Counted from the stretch's first letter, positions 35,813 to 44,876 are shown. The stretch is DNA of 64,000 nucleotides from Myxococcota bacterium (GCA_033853555.1 JAWOLJ010000066.1:22044-86043); one strand, 5' to 3'. Program-made: numbers and translations. The notes: generated by a model not told the origin, from the sequence alone.

Positions 35813-38089
35813 TCAGAGCGGCTCCACCCGCGCCGGCGTGCTCTTGTGCCAGGGCGTCCCCGCGAGCCAGTCCCGATCCTCGCTGCGCGTGAGCTCGTTC
35901 GGCGCGACGCCCGTCGCGACGCGCGCTCCGCTCGCGTCGGGAAAGTCGAGGCCGAGCCCGTTCGGAAGGGACACGTGCCCGGGCTGCATCCGCTCCGAGA
36001 CCTCGACCGGCACCTCGGCGCTGCCGCGCCGCGTGGTGAGGCGCACGCGGGCGCCGTCGGCCACGCCGAGGCGCTTCGCATCCTCGGGGCTGATGCGCAG
36101 CGCGCCGGCCCGGTCCTTCTTCCGCCAGTCCGGGTTGCGCAGGATGGTGTTGGCGGTGAAGGAGCGTCGCTCGCCGGCGGAGAGCAGGAACGGGAACTCC
36201 TCGCTCGGTCCGGGCGGCGGCTCGGTGGCAAGGCCGTCGAGCTCGTGGAAGAGCTCCGGCAGCGCGAGCTGGAGGCGGCCACCCGGCGTGCCGATCCGGG
36301 CGAAGCTCTCCTCCCACTCGTCCACCGAGAAGACGACCGCGCTGCGGCTCGCGAGGAGCGCGTCGAAGAGCGCGTCCGCCGCCTCCCCCGCCCCGCCCAC
36401 GAAGCCCGCGCGCGCGAGCGATCGCGCGTGCCGCTGCGCCGCGATCTGGCACAGCCCCCAGACCCCGGCGGCCTCCGCGAGTCCCTTCGGCAGGAGATCA
36501 CCGATCGCCCGGTAGAGCAGCACCGGCGCGATCGCGAGCAGGCGCGGGCTCTCGCCGACGAGCTCGAGGAAGCGGCTGCGGAAGGCCTGGCGACCGTCTC
36601 GCCATGCCGCTCGCAGCGCCGAAACGGCATCGGCGGGGAGCGCTCCCAACGCCTCCACCAGCCGCGCATGGAGCTCGGCCTCGGAGAAGAGCCCCGCCGG
36701 GGGATCCAGCAGCGCCCGGCGCAGGTGGAAGTGATTCCGTGGGAACTCGAAGTTGAAGAAGGTGGCCTCGGCCTTCTCGTACTGGCTCGCGACCGGCAGC
36801 ACGTAGTGGGCGAGCCGCGCGGTCTCGGTGAAGGCCACGTCGATCACCACCACCAGCTCGAGGGCGGCGAGGGCCTCGCGCATGCGCACGCCGTCGGCCA
36901 GCGAGTGGGCGGGATTCCCGCTCTCGACCAGGAGCGCGCGGAAGCGCTTCGGATGGTCGGTCAGGATCTCGTCGGGGATCACATTGCAGGGCGTGAGCCC
37001 GCCGATCACACGCGCGCCCGTCACCGGGGTGCGACGCTCGCCGCCGTCCTTCCCCACCGCGAGCGGCACGAGAGCGGTGGGCAGGTAGGCGGTGCCCGGC
37101 TTTCCGAAGTTGCCGGTCAGGAGGACCAGAAGCTTGTGGAGATAGGAGACCAGGGTCGAGTGGCGGTTCATCTGCACGCCCAGGTCTTCGAAGCTGGCGA
37201 CGCTCGAGGCCTCTGCGATGCGCCGCGCGGTGCGGCGCACCTGCTCCTCCGGCACCCCGCAGGTCACGCAATACTCCGCCACCGGGAGCGCCTCGAAGTG
37301 GGGCAGCACTCGGTCGAGCCCGTCGGCGTGGGCCGCGAGCCAGTCGCGAGCGATCCGCCCCTCCTGCACCAGCACGGCGAGGAGCGCAGCGAGCAGCCAG
37401 GCGTCGGTTCCGGGCTTCGCCTGGAGATGAACGTCGGCGATCTCGGCGGTCTCGCTGCGGCGCGGATCCACCACGATCAGGCAGCGCGCGGGATCCTTCG
37501 CGATCTCGCGCAGCGCGAGGCGTGCGCGGGGGATGCCGTGGGAGAGCCACGGGTTCTTGCCGAGGAAGAGCGCCACCTCGCAGTGCTCGAAGTCCGCTCG
37601 CGTGTAGCCGCCGATCATCCGGTCGGCCACCCAGAACTCGCCCGTCTTCTCCTGGGCGAGCGCGCTCGAGCGATGGATCGAGCCGAGCACGGAGCGCGTC
37701 GCGCGGCCGTAGGCCCCCGGCAGGTGGTTCCCCTGCCCGCCGCCCCCGTAGTAGAAGATGGACTCCCCGCCGAAGGCCTCCCGCACCGCCGCCAGACGCG
37801 CCGCCACCTCGCGGATCGCCGTCTCCCAGGCGATCTCCTCGAAGCTCCCGTCGCTGCGACGGCGCAGCGGCCGGGTCAGGCGGTGGGGCCCATTCTGGTA
37901 GAAGTCGAGCCGCGAGGGCTTCTCGCAGGCGTAGCCCCGGGAGGCGGGATGTGCGTCGTCGCCGCGCACGCGCAGGAGCGTCCGCCCCTCGGGCCCGCCG
38001 AGCTGAACCTCGATCCCGCAGTTGCACTCGCAGAGGATGCAGGCCGTGGACTTCCACTCGGAGGCGTGGGGGGCGGGGCTCTCGGCCAT
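35813..38089 (-). CDS. Molybdopterin-dependent oxidoreductase (formate-dehydrogenase-like MopB family)
   Basis: ...WKSTACILCECNCGIEVQL (N-terminal 4Fe-4S Cys motif), molybdopterin and MopB barrel domains, 758 aa. Confidence 0.85.
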   Translation of the reverse strand: MAESPAPHASEWKSTACILCECNCGIEVQLGGPEGRTLLRVRGDDAHPASRGYACEKPSRLDFYQNGPHRLTRPLRRRSDGSFEEIAWETAIREVAARLAAVREAFGGESIFYYGGGGQGNHLPGAYGRATRSVLGSIHRSSALAQEKTGEFWVADRMIGGYTRADFEHCEVALFLGKNPWLSHGIPRARLALREIAKDPARCLIVVDPRRSETAEIADVHLQAKPGTDAWLLAALLAVLVQEGRIARDWLAAHADGLDRVLPHFEALPVAEYCVTCGVPEEQVRRTARRIAEASSVASFEDLGVQMNRHSTLVSYLHKLLVLLTGNFGKPGTAYLPTALVPLAVGKDGGERRTPVTGARVIGGLTPCNVIPDEILTDHPKRFRALLVESGNPAHSLADGVRMREALAALELVVVIDVAFTETARLAHYVLPVASQYEKAEATFFNFEFPRNHFHLRRALLDPPAGLFSEAELHARLVEALGALPADAVSALRAAWRDGRQAFRSRFLELVGESPRLLAIAPVLLYRAIGDLLPKGLAEAAGVWGLCQIAAQRHARSLARAGFVGGAGEAADALFDALLASRSAVVFSVDEWEESFARIGTPGGRLQLALPELFHELDGLATEPPPGPSEEFPFLLSAGERRSFTANTILRNPDWRKKDRAGALRISPEDAKRLGVADGARVRLTTRRGSAEVPVEVSERMQPGHVSLPNGLGLDFPDASGARVATGVAPNELTRSEDRDWLAGTPWHKSTPARVEPL

Positions 38090-38130
38090 GGCAGTCTCCC
38101 GGTGGGCGCGAGCCGATGGGTAGCCGAGGT

Positions 38131-38165
38131 GGTTTCTTTACGCAACTAGTTTTCAAGCTAGACTC
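38131..38165 (+). promoter_or_regulatory. AT-rich divergent promoter region with palindrome AACTAGTT between the Mo-oxidoreductase and the HxlR regulator
   Basis: ggtttctttacgcAACTAGTTttcaagctagact; local GC drop in an about 72% GC background. Confidence 0.3.
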
Positions 38166-38170
38166 CGGGC

Positions 38171-38659
38171 ATGGGGCGGAAGCGCTTCTCCCACATGAAC
38201 TGCGGGATCGGCCAGGCGCTGGAGGTGCTCGGCGACTGGTGGACGCTGCTGATCGTGCGCGACGCCTTCTTCGGCGTGCGGCGCTTCGGCGACTTCGAGC
38301 GCAGCCTCGGCATCGCTAAGAACATCCTCACGGCGCGCCTCCAGCACCTGGTGGACCACGGGATCTTCGAGCGGGTGGACGTGGGCCACGAGGGGCATCG
38401 CTTCGAGTACCGGCTCACCGCGAAGGGCGAGGCGCTCCTCCCGGTGCTGACCACCCTGCGCGAGTGGTCGGACGAGTGGGTCTTCGGGCGCGGCCACGAG
38501 CCCGTGCTCGTGCAGGATCGGCGCACGGGGCGGCGCGTGCCGAGGCTCCGCGTGACCGACGCGGACGGCCGTCCGCTCTCACGGCGCGATGTCCGCGCGG
38601 TGCCGGGGCCCGGCGCGTCGAAGGACACGATCCGCCGGCTCCAGCCGCGCGGGAGCTGA
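38171..38659 (+). CDS. HxlR-family (MarR-like wHTH) transcriptional regulator
   Basis: ...CGIGQALEVLGDWWTLLIVRDAFFGVRRFGDFERSLGIAKNILTARLQHLVDHGIFER: canonical HxlR/YtcD motif. Confidence 0.8.
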   Translation: MGRKRFSHMNCGIGQALEVLGDWWTLLIVRDAFFGVRRFGDFERSLGIAKNILTARLQHLVDHGIFERVDVGHEGHRFEYRLTAKGEALLPVLTTLREWSDEWVFGRGHEPVLVQDRRTGRRVPRLRVTDADGRPLSRRDVRAVPGPGASKDTIRRLQPRGS

Positions 38660-38673
38660 TCCCTCGGCGCGCG

Positions 38674-39336
38674 TCAGCCGCGGCGAGCCGGCTCCGCGCC
38701 GGTGAGCTCGCGCACGAGCGTCGCCTCCAGGAGCGCGAGCTCACCCTCGGGCAGCCGCGCCCTGGGGCCGGCCAGCAGGAGCGACGCCGCGAGGCCCACC
38801 AGCACCGAGACGGTGTAGTGCTGGAGCAGGCGGTGGCGCGCCGGGGAGAGCGGCGCGTCGTGGAACAGCCGTCGCCACACCGCGTCGAAGGCGCGGAACA
38901 TCCGGGTCTGCCACGACGGCTCCCGGGCCGGATGCAGGTCCGTTCGACGCAAGTGGTCGAGCAGGATCTCGAAGGTCGAGGCGTACTCGCGACTCGCGAA
39001 GTGCTGCCACGCCCGCGCCACGAACAGGGACGCTCGCTCCGCGAGCCCGATTCCCTCCCTTGGCACGTCCGCCAGGCGCAGCTCGAAGCGGCGGAAGGAG
39101 TCCTCGAGCACCGCCATCAGGATGCCGTCCTTGTCGCCGAAGTGGTGCTGCACCGCACCCCAGGTGACGCCGGCGCGGCGGGTGATCTCGCTGGCGGTGG
39201 TGCGCTGGAAGCCCCGCTCGGCGATGCAGTCGATGGTGGCGGCGAGGATGCGCGCGCGCGTCTCCGCGGTGCGCTCGGCGTGGGAGCGCCGCGCGCGACG
39301 CCGCGTCGCAGGACGAACACGGATCGCCTGGGACAC
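38674..39336 (-). CDS. TetR/AcrR-family transcriptional regulator
   Basis: GTG 39336; ...RRSHAERTAETRARILAATIDCIAERGFQRTTASEITRRAGVTWGAVQHHFGDKDGIL (TetR HTH). Divergent from the aldA-cyp51 operon. Confidence 0.8.
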   Translation of the reverse strand: MSQAIRVRPATRRRARRSHAERTAETRARILAATIDCIAERGFQRTTASEITRRAGVTWGAVQHHFGDKDGILMAVLEDSFRRFELRLADVPREGIGLAERASLFVARAWQHFASREYASTFEILLDHLRRTDLHPAREPSWQTRMFRAFDAVWRRLFHDAPLSPARHRLLQHYTVSVLVGLAASLLLAGPRARLPEGELALLEATLVRELTGAEPARRG

Positions 39337-39385
39337 CGCTACTCCGAGCCGAGGCCGGCCACGCCGGCGCCGAGTGCCATCGCAC

Positions 39386-39434
39386 CAGGCTATCACGTTT
39401 GCATTGCGCTCGAAATGTAAATGGTGGTACAAGG
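39386..39434 (+). promoter_or_regulatory. Conserved AT-rich operator/promoter element, copy 1 (upstream of aldA-cyp51 operon)
   Basis: CAGGCTATCACGTTTGCATTGCGCTCGAAATGTAAATGGTGGTACAAGG: imperfect about 40-bp palindrome (CTAYCAC...GTGRTAG; TTTGCAT...ATGNAAA). About 42/49 identical to copy 2 at 46798-46848. Confidence 0.5.
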
Positions 39435-39514
39435 GATGCGCCGGGGCGGCGGCTGGCAGGCCTCCCCGATCCCCCGGGTCGGCCCCCCGATCCGCGAGAC
39501 GTGAGGATGCTCCC

Positions 39515-40993
39515 ATGGCACTCGCCGCGCTCGAGCCCGAGACCCGCAACCTGATCGACGGCCGGCTGGTGCCGGCCTCGAACGGCGCGACCTTCGAGAA
39601 CGTGAACCCGGCCACCGAGGAGGTGCTCGGGAGCTGCGCCGACGGCACGCGCGAGGACATGCTGTCGGCGATCGCGGCCGCCCGGCGCGCCTTCGACGAG
39701 ACCCGGTGGTCCACCGATGCCGTCTTTCGCAAGCGCTGCCTGCTCCAGATCGCCGACGCGCTCAAGGCGGCGCGCGAGAAGCTGCGCTCGATCGTGGTGC
39801 ACGAGGCCGGCTCGCCGGTCCTCCTCACCTACAGCGTCCAGTGTGACTCCACGATCGACCAGTTCGGCTACTGGGCCGAGCTCGCGGGGAGCTACGAGTA
39901 CGAGCGGCCGATGCGCGAGATCCGCTTCCTCGGGCAGCCGCAGCGCCGCCTGCTGCGACGAGAAGCCACCGGTGTGGTGGGAGCCATCACGCCCTGGAAC
40001 TTTCCGCTCTACCTGAATCTCGCGAAGCTCGGGCCGGCCCTCGCCGCCGGCAACACCGTCGTGCTGAAGCCGGCGCCGGACACGCCCTGGTCGGCCACCG
40101 CCCTGGGCCGCCTGATCGCCGAGCAGACCGAGATCCCGCCGGGCGTGGTGAACGTGGTCGCCTCGTCGGAGCACGCGGTGGGCGAGCTCCTGGCGAGCGA
40201 TCCGCGCGTCGATCTCGTGACCTTCACCGGCTCGACCGCCACCGGGCGGCGGGTCATGGAGTGCGCCTCGGCGACGGTGAAGCGCGTCTTCCTGGAGCTC
40301 GGCGGAAAGTCCGCGAACGTGATCCTCGACGACGCCGACTTTGCGAAGGCCCTCGGCGGCGCCGTCACGGTCTGCACTCACGGCGGACAGGGCTGCGCGC
40401 TCACCACGCGGCTGCTCCTGCCGCGTTCGCGCTACGCCGAGGGCATCGAGATCGTGAAGCGCGCCTTCGAGAGCTGGAGCTACGGAGACCCGACGGATCC
40501 GCGGAACCTCCAGGGGCCCCAGGTGAGCCGGCGCCAGCAGGAGCGGGTGCTCGCCTACATCGAGAAAGGGAAGCGCGAGGGCGCGCGCCTCCTGACGGGC
40601 GGCGGCCGACCTTCGCGCCTGCCGAAGGGCTTCTACGTGGAGCCGACGCTCTTCGCCGACGTCGATCCGGACTCCACGATCGCGCAGGAGGAGATCTTCG
40701 GGCCGGTCCTGGCGGTGATCCCCTTCGACGGCGACGACGACGCGGTGCGGATCGCGAACCGCTCGATCTACGGCCTCTCGGGCGCGGTCACCAGCGCGAG
40801 CGAGGAGCGCGCCCTCGGCGTGGCGCGGCGCATCCGCAGCGGGACGCTCTCGGTGAACGGCGGGATGTGGTTCGACGTCGACACGCCCTTCGGCGGCTAC
40901 CGCCAGAGCGGAGTCGGACGCGAGAACGGGCTCCTCGGCTTCGAGGAGTACCTGGAGACCAAGGTGATCGCGCTCCCCGGGAGCCCGCGATGA
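39515..40993 (+). CDS. NAD(P)-dependent aldehyde dehydrogenase
   Basis: ...ITPWNFPLYLNLAKLGPALAAGNTVVLKPA..., FLELGGKSANVI (Glu active site), ...GGQGCALTTR (Cys). ATG 39515 with GAGGA upstream. Confidence 0.9.
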   Translation: MALAALEPETRNLIDGRLVPASNGATFENVNPATEEVLGSCADGTREDMLSAIAAARRAFDETRWSTDAVFRKRCLLQIADALKAAREKLRSIVVHEAGSPVLLTYSVQCDSTIDQFGYWAELAGSYEYERPMREIRFLGQPQRRLLRREATGVVGAITPWNFPLYLNLAKLGPALAAGNTVVLKPAPDTPWSATALGRLIAEQTEIPPGVVNVVASSEHAVGELLASDPRVDLVTFTGSTATGRRVMECASATVKRVFLELGGKSANVILDDADFAKALGGAVTVCTHGGQGCALTTRLLLPRSRYAEGIEIVKRAFESWSYGDPTDPRNLQGPQVSRRQQERVLAYIEKGKREGARLLTGGGRPSRLPKGFYVEPTLFADVDPDSTIAQEEIFGPVLAVIPFDGDDDAVRIANRSIYGLSGAVTSASEERALGVARRIRSGTLSVNGGMWFDVDTPFGGYRQSGVGRENGLLGFEEYLETKVIALPGSPR

Positions 40994-42396
40994 CGACGGC
41001 GGACGTCGCGATGGGAACGGCCACGGGAAGCGCGACGCAGCGGGGCGGCGCCGCGCCGCCGCGGGTCTCCGGGGGCCTGCCGTGGCTCGGGCACCTGCTC
41101 GAGCTCCGGCGCCAGCCGATCGAGCTGCTGAGCCGCGCGCGCGCCGAGTGCGGCGAGGTGGCGGAGCTGCGCCTGGCGCGCCTGCCACTGGTGATGCTCT
41201 ACGGCGAGGAGGCCCAGGAAGCCTTCTTTCGCGCGCCCGACGAGCAGCTCGACCAGGCCGCCGCCTATCCCTTCATGAAGCCGATCTTCGGCGAGGGCGT
41301 GGTGTTCGACGCCCCGCCCGAACGGCGCAAGGAGGCGCTGCGCAACCAGTCGCTGCGCGACAAGCAGATGCGCGGGCACGCGGAGGTGATCGCGGCGGAG
41401 ACCGAGCGCATGGTGAGTCGCTTCGGCGCTGGAGGAGAGATCGATCTCCTGGACTTCTTCGCCGAGCTCACGATCTACACCTCGAGCGCGTGCCTGATCG
41501 GGAAGCCCTTCCGCGAGGAGCTGACCCCCGAGTTCTCGAGGGTCTACCACGATCTCGAGCGCGGCACCGACGCCATTGCCTACGTGAACGCGCATCTCCC
41601 GATCCCGTCCTTCCGCAAGCGCGACCGGGCGCGCAGGCGGCTGGTCGAGCTGGTCACCGAGATCATGCAGGCGCGCGCCCGCTCCGGAGAGAGCAAGGGA
41701 GACCTGCTGGACGTGCTGATGCGCGTGCGCCTCGAAGACGGTCGCCCGCGCTTCTCGGCCGACGAGATCACGGGGATGTTCATCTCCATGATGTTCGCGG
41801 GCCACCACACCACCTCGGGGACCGCGGCCTGGACCCTGATCGAGCTGCTGCGAAACCCCGGCCAGATGGCCGGCGTGACGGCCGAGCTGGATCGCCTCTT
41901 CGCCGACGGCGGCGAGGTCTCCTACCACGCGCTGCGCGAGATCCCCCGGCTCGAGAATGCGATCAAGGAGACGCTGCGGCTCCATCCCCCGCTGATCCTG
42001 CTGCTGCGCAAGGTGGCCGAGGACTTCCACTACAAGGGCTGGACCATCGCGGCGGGAAAGCTCGTCGGGACCTCACCCGCCGTCTCGAACCGGATCCCGG
42101 AGTACTTCCCCGATCCCGATCGCTTCGATCCCGGGCGCTACCTGGAGGGGCGCGAGGAGGACGTGCGACATCCCTTCGGCTGGATTCCCTTCGGAGCGGG
42201 ACGGCATCGCTGCGTGGGCGCAGCCTTCGCGATGATCCAGCTCAAGGCGATCTTCAGCGTGCTGCTGCGGCGCTTCGAGCTCGAGCTGGCGCAGCCGCCC
42301 GCGAGCTACCGCAACGACCACTCCAAGATGGTGGTGCAGCTCGCCCAGCCGTGCCGCGTGCGCTACCGCCGGCGCGCCGCCCGAGCGGGCGCATGA
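40990..42396 (+). CDS. cyp51: Cytochrome P450 CYP51, sterol 14-alpha-demethylase
   Basis: Near-colinear with M. tuberculosis CYP51 (from memory): AYPFMKPIFGEGVVFDAPPERRKE, EIDLLDFFAELTIYTSSACLIGK, RFSADEITGMFISMMFAGHHTTSGTAAWTLIEL, ETLRLHPPLILLLR, WIPFGAGRHRCVGAAFAMIQLKAIFSVLLRRFELELAQPPASYRNDHSKMVVQLAQPCRVRYRRR. Confidence 0.9.
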   Translation: MTTADVAMGTATGSATQRGGAAPPRVSGGLPWLGHLLELRRQPIELLSRARAECGEVAELRLARLPLVMLYGEEAQEAFFRAPDEQLDQAAAYPFMKPIFGEGVVFDAPPERRKEALRNQSLRDKQMRGHAEVIAAETERMVSRFGAGGEIDLLDFFAELTIYTSSACLIGKPFREELTPEFSRVYHDLERGTDAIAYVNAHLPIPSFRKRDRARRRLVELVTEIMQARARSGESKGDLLDVLMRVRLEDGRPRFSADEITGMFISMMFAGHHTTSGTAAWTLIELLRNPGQMAGVTAELDRLFADGGEVSYHALREIPRLENAIKETLRLHPPLILLLRKVAEDFHYKGWTIAAGKLVGTSPAVSNRIPEYFPDPDRFDPGRYLEGREEDVRHPFGWIPFGAGRHRCVGAAFAMIQLKAIFSVLLRRFELELAQPPASYRNDHSKMVVQLAQPCRVRYRRRAARAGA

Positions 42397-42590
42397 AGAT
42401 CCGGGTCGACCTCGATCTGTGTCAGGGGCACGGCGTCTGCGCCGAGGAGGCCCCGGAGGTGTTCGCGCTGGACGAGCAGAGATCCAAGGTGGTGCTGCGC
42501 GACCCGAGCCCGCCGGAGGCGCAGCGCGCGCGGGTGAAGGCCGCCGTCCGCTACTGCCCCACGCATGCCCTCGCGCTGCTCGAGGACTGA
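42393..42590 (+). CDS. 3Fe-4S/4Fe-4S ferredoxin, P450 redox partner (Rv0763c-like)
   Basis: MKIRVDLDLCQGHGVCAEEAPEVFALDEQ...AAVRYCPTHALALLED: CxxHxxC...CP ferredoxin. ATGA overlap with cyp51 stop. Confidence 0.85.
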   Translation: MKIRVDLDLCQGHGVCAEEAPEVFALDEQRSKVVLRDPSPPEAQRARVKAAVRYCPTHALALLED

Positions 42591-42617
42591 ACCGCCCACC
42601 CCTCACCCGGAGGCCCC

Positions 42618-43184
42618 ATGCCCGCCTTCCCCCGTGCCGAGCTCGAAGAGATGATCCGCCGCTTCGTGGCCGTGAACGACGAGTGCGGCCAGAGCGGGAG
42701 CTGGGACGCGCTCGGCCGCTTCTATGCCGAGGACGCGATCTACTCCTGGAACCTCGGCCCGAAGTTCGAGTTCGTGGCGCGCGGCCGCGAGGAGATCCGC
42801 AAGTGGGTGCTCGGCACCGAGATGGCGGGCCTCGACAAGTGGGTCTACCCGTACGTGCGTACGCTGGTGGACGACCAGAAGGGCGAGGTGATCGGCATCT
42901 GGCGGCAGATCGCCCCGGTGAAGGGCGAGGACGGCAAGCCCATCGAGATCGCCGGCACCGGCGGCTCCTGGTTCCGCTACGCCGGCAACTGGCAGTGGAG
43001 CTGGCAGCGGGACTTCTTCGATCACGGGAACGCGGGCGCGGTCTTCCTGGAGCTGCTGCAGAAGGGGCGTCTCTCGCCGGCGATGCAGGAGCGCCTGAAG
43101 CGCGGCTCGAAGCAGCCGGGCTGGGTGCCGCGCGAGAGCTTCGACTGGTACGCCAGCATCCAGGAGCGCGAGGACCGCGGGTGA
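42618..43184 (+). CDS. NTF2-like/SnoaL-like family protein
   Basis: ...EEMIRRFVAVNDECGQSGSWDALGRFYAEDAIYSWNLGPKFEFVARGREEIRKWVLG: cone-shaped alpha+beta barrel pattern (ketosteroid-isomerase-like fold superfamily). Confidence 0.65.
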   Translation: MPAFPRAELEEMIRRFVAVNDECGQSGSWDALGRFYAEDAIYSWNLGPKFEFVARGREEIRKWVLGTEMAGLDKWVYPYVRTLVDDQKGEVIGIWRQIAPVKGEDGKPIEIAGTGGSWFRYAGNWQWSWQRDFFDHGNAGAVFLELLQKGRLSPAMQERLKRGSKQPGWVPRESFDWYASIQEREDRG

Positions 43185-44035
43185 GCTCGGCCGGAAGACC
43201 GCTCGCCGCGGCGACGCTCGCGGGCGTCGCGCGCGCCGACGGGGCCCGCTGGTTCGCCGCCGATCCGGGCAAGGCCTGGGGCGAGAAGTTCTTCCTGCTC
43301 TACACGCCGGTCTGGATGACCGGCATGGCGCTCATGATGAAGAGCGGCGCGGCGGGGCGCTGGGGCGATCGGGCCCAGCTCGCCGCCCACCTCGCGCTCT
43401 GGCTTCCGCTCCTGCTGCTCCCGCCCCTGCTCCACTCCGAGCGCGCGCTCGGCCGCAGCTTCACGGAGAGCTACGCCTTCAAGGCGTTTCTCTGGCTCGG
43501 CGTCTTCTCCTTCGTCGGGAGCTACTTCGGGAGCGAGTACTTCTTCGACGTCCTCGGGATGGTCTACCGCTTCGCCAATCTCCACTGGACCATGGACTCG
43601 GCGCTCCTCGGATCGGGCGAGCAGCACGTCCCGCTCATCATGTACTTCTCCGCGCACTTCTACTTCGTGAGCTACCACACCGCCGCGGTGGTGGTGATGC
43701 GTCGCGTGCGGAGCTCGCGGCTCTTCGTGCATCCGCTGGTCTGGGCACTGGTGATCCTCGGCTGCGCCTACGGCTTCGCCTGGGCCGAGACCTTCTTCAT
43801 GACCGACCCCTCGATCGCGGCGCAGTTCACCTACCGCGACGTGCCGCGCATGCTGCGCTGGGGCTCGCTCGTCTACGCGCTCTACTTCGTGGTGAGCTTC
43901 CCCATGTTCTACCGGCTGGACGAGGCTCCCGGCGAGCGCTGGCCCCTGCGCCGCGTCGTCCTGGAGGCCCTCGCGGCCGGCATGCTCGTGCTCTTCCTGC
44001 TCGACTTCGCGACCCACGCGATCGGGCGGCTCTGA
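43181..44035 (+). CDS. Seven-TM membrane protein resembling cycloeucalenol cycloisomerase (CPI1) family
   Basis: GTG 43181, GTGA overlap. Motifs WGEKFFLLYTPVWMTG, FKAFLWLGVFSFVGSYFGSEYFFDVLGMVYRF, VSYHTAAVVVMRR, LVYALYFVVSFPMFYRLDE. As I recall them, plant CPI1 has WGELFFLFYTP..., VFSYVGNYFWTHYFFKVLGA..., FYAIYFIVSFPMFFRMDE. No His boxes. Confidence 0.7.
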   Translation: MSSAGRPLAAATLAGVARADGARWFAADPGKAWGEKFFLLYTPVWMTGMALMMKSGAAGRWGDRAQLAAHLALWLPLLLLPPLLHSERALGRSFTESYAFKAFLWLGVFSFVGSYFGSEYFFDVLGMVYRFANLHWTMDSALLGSGEQHVPLIMYFSAHFYFVSYHTAAVVVMRRVRSSRLFVHPLVWALVILGCAYGFAWAETFFMTDPSIAAQFTYRDVPRMLRWGSLVYALYFVVSFPMFYRLDEAPGERWPLRRVVLEALAAGMLVLFLLDFATHAIGRL

Positions 44036-44059
44036 GTGGCGAGTCGGGAGGAGAGGACC

Positions 44060-44863
44060 GTGCGCGACATCCTTGGCTACGCGGGGAAGCGGGTGGTGGT
44101 GAGCGGCGCGGCGTCCGGCATGGGCGCCGCCACGGCCCGGACGCTGGTGGATCTCGGCGCCGAGGTCCATGCCCTCGACCTGAAGCCGATCCAGGTCCCG
44201 GTGGCCCGGGCGCTGGAGGTGGACCTGCGTCGCCGCGAGTCGATCGACGCGGCGCTGGCGCATCTTCCCGAGCGCGTGGACGCCCTCTTCAACTGCGCCG
44301 GGCTCCCCGGCGCACCGTTCTCGAACCTCGACACCATGCTGGTGAACTTCGTGGGCCTGCGGCACCTGACCGAGGGCGTGCTGTCGCGCCTGCCATCGGG
44401 TGGAGCGGTCGCGAGCATCACCTCGGTCGCCGGCATGGGCTGGCGCAAGAACCTCGAGAACGTCAGGGCGCTCTGCGGCACCAAGGACTTCGACGAGGCG
44501 CGCGCCTGGTGCGAGGCGCATCCCAAGGAGGCCAACGGCTATCTCTTCTCCAAGCAGTGCATCATCTGGTACACGATGCAGCGCGCGGTCGAGCTGGTGG
44601 CTCGCGGGATCCGGATGAACTGCATCTCTCCCTCGCCCACCGACACGCCCATGCTCCCGGCGTTCCACGCCCAGGTGAATCGCGAGTTCATCGACAAGCA
44701 CTTCCTGGCCCCGATCGGACGCAACGCCACCCCGGAGGAGATGGCCGAGCCCTTGGTGCTCCTGAACTCGAACGCCGCGCGCTTCGTCTCGGGCGTGAAC
44801 CTGTTCGTGGACTGGGGCTATCTGGCCGAGCTCGAGGTCGGGGCGCGGCCCGCGCTGCTCTGA
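44060..44863 (+). CDS. Short-chain dehydrogenase/reductase (SDR), atypical short N-terminus
   Basis: GTG 44060 after AGGAG (alternative GTG 44036 directly abutting CPI stop). ...GKRVVVSGAASGMGAATARTLVDLGAEV..., NCAG..., YLFSKQCIIWYT (YxxxK), ...ISPSPTDTPML. Confidence 0.8.
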   Translation: MRDILGYAGKRVVVSGAASGMGAATARTLVDLGAEVHALDLKPIQVPVARALEVDLRRRESIDAALAHLPERVDALFNCAGLPGAPFSNLDTMLVNFVGLRHLTEGVLSRLPSGGAVASITSVAGMGWRKNLENVRALCGTKDFDEARAWCEAHPKEANGYLFSKQCIIWYTMQRAVELVARGIRMNCISPSPTDTPMLPAFHAQVNREFIDKHFLAPIGRNATPEEMAEPLVLLNSNAARFVSGVNLFVDWGYLAELEVGARPALL

Positions 44864-44876
44864 GCCGACGCCGGCC

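Noticed and set aside
38741-41188. 815-aa reverse ORF across the TetR/aldA region; also 40897..42030(-) and 42073..43272(-)
   Set aside because: Antisense to the confidently identified ALDH, CYP51 and ferredoxin genes; compositionally biased translations.
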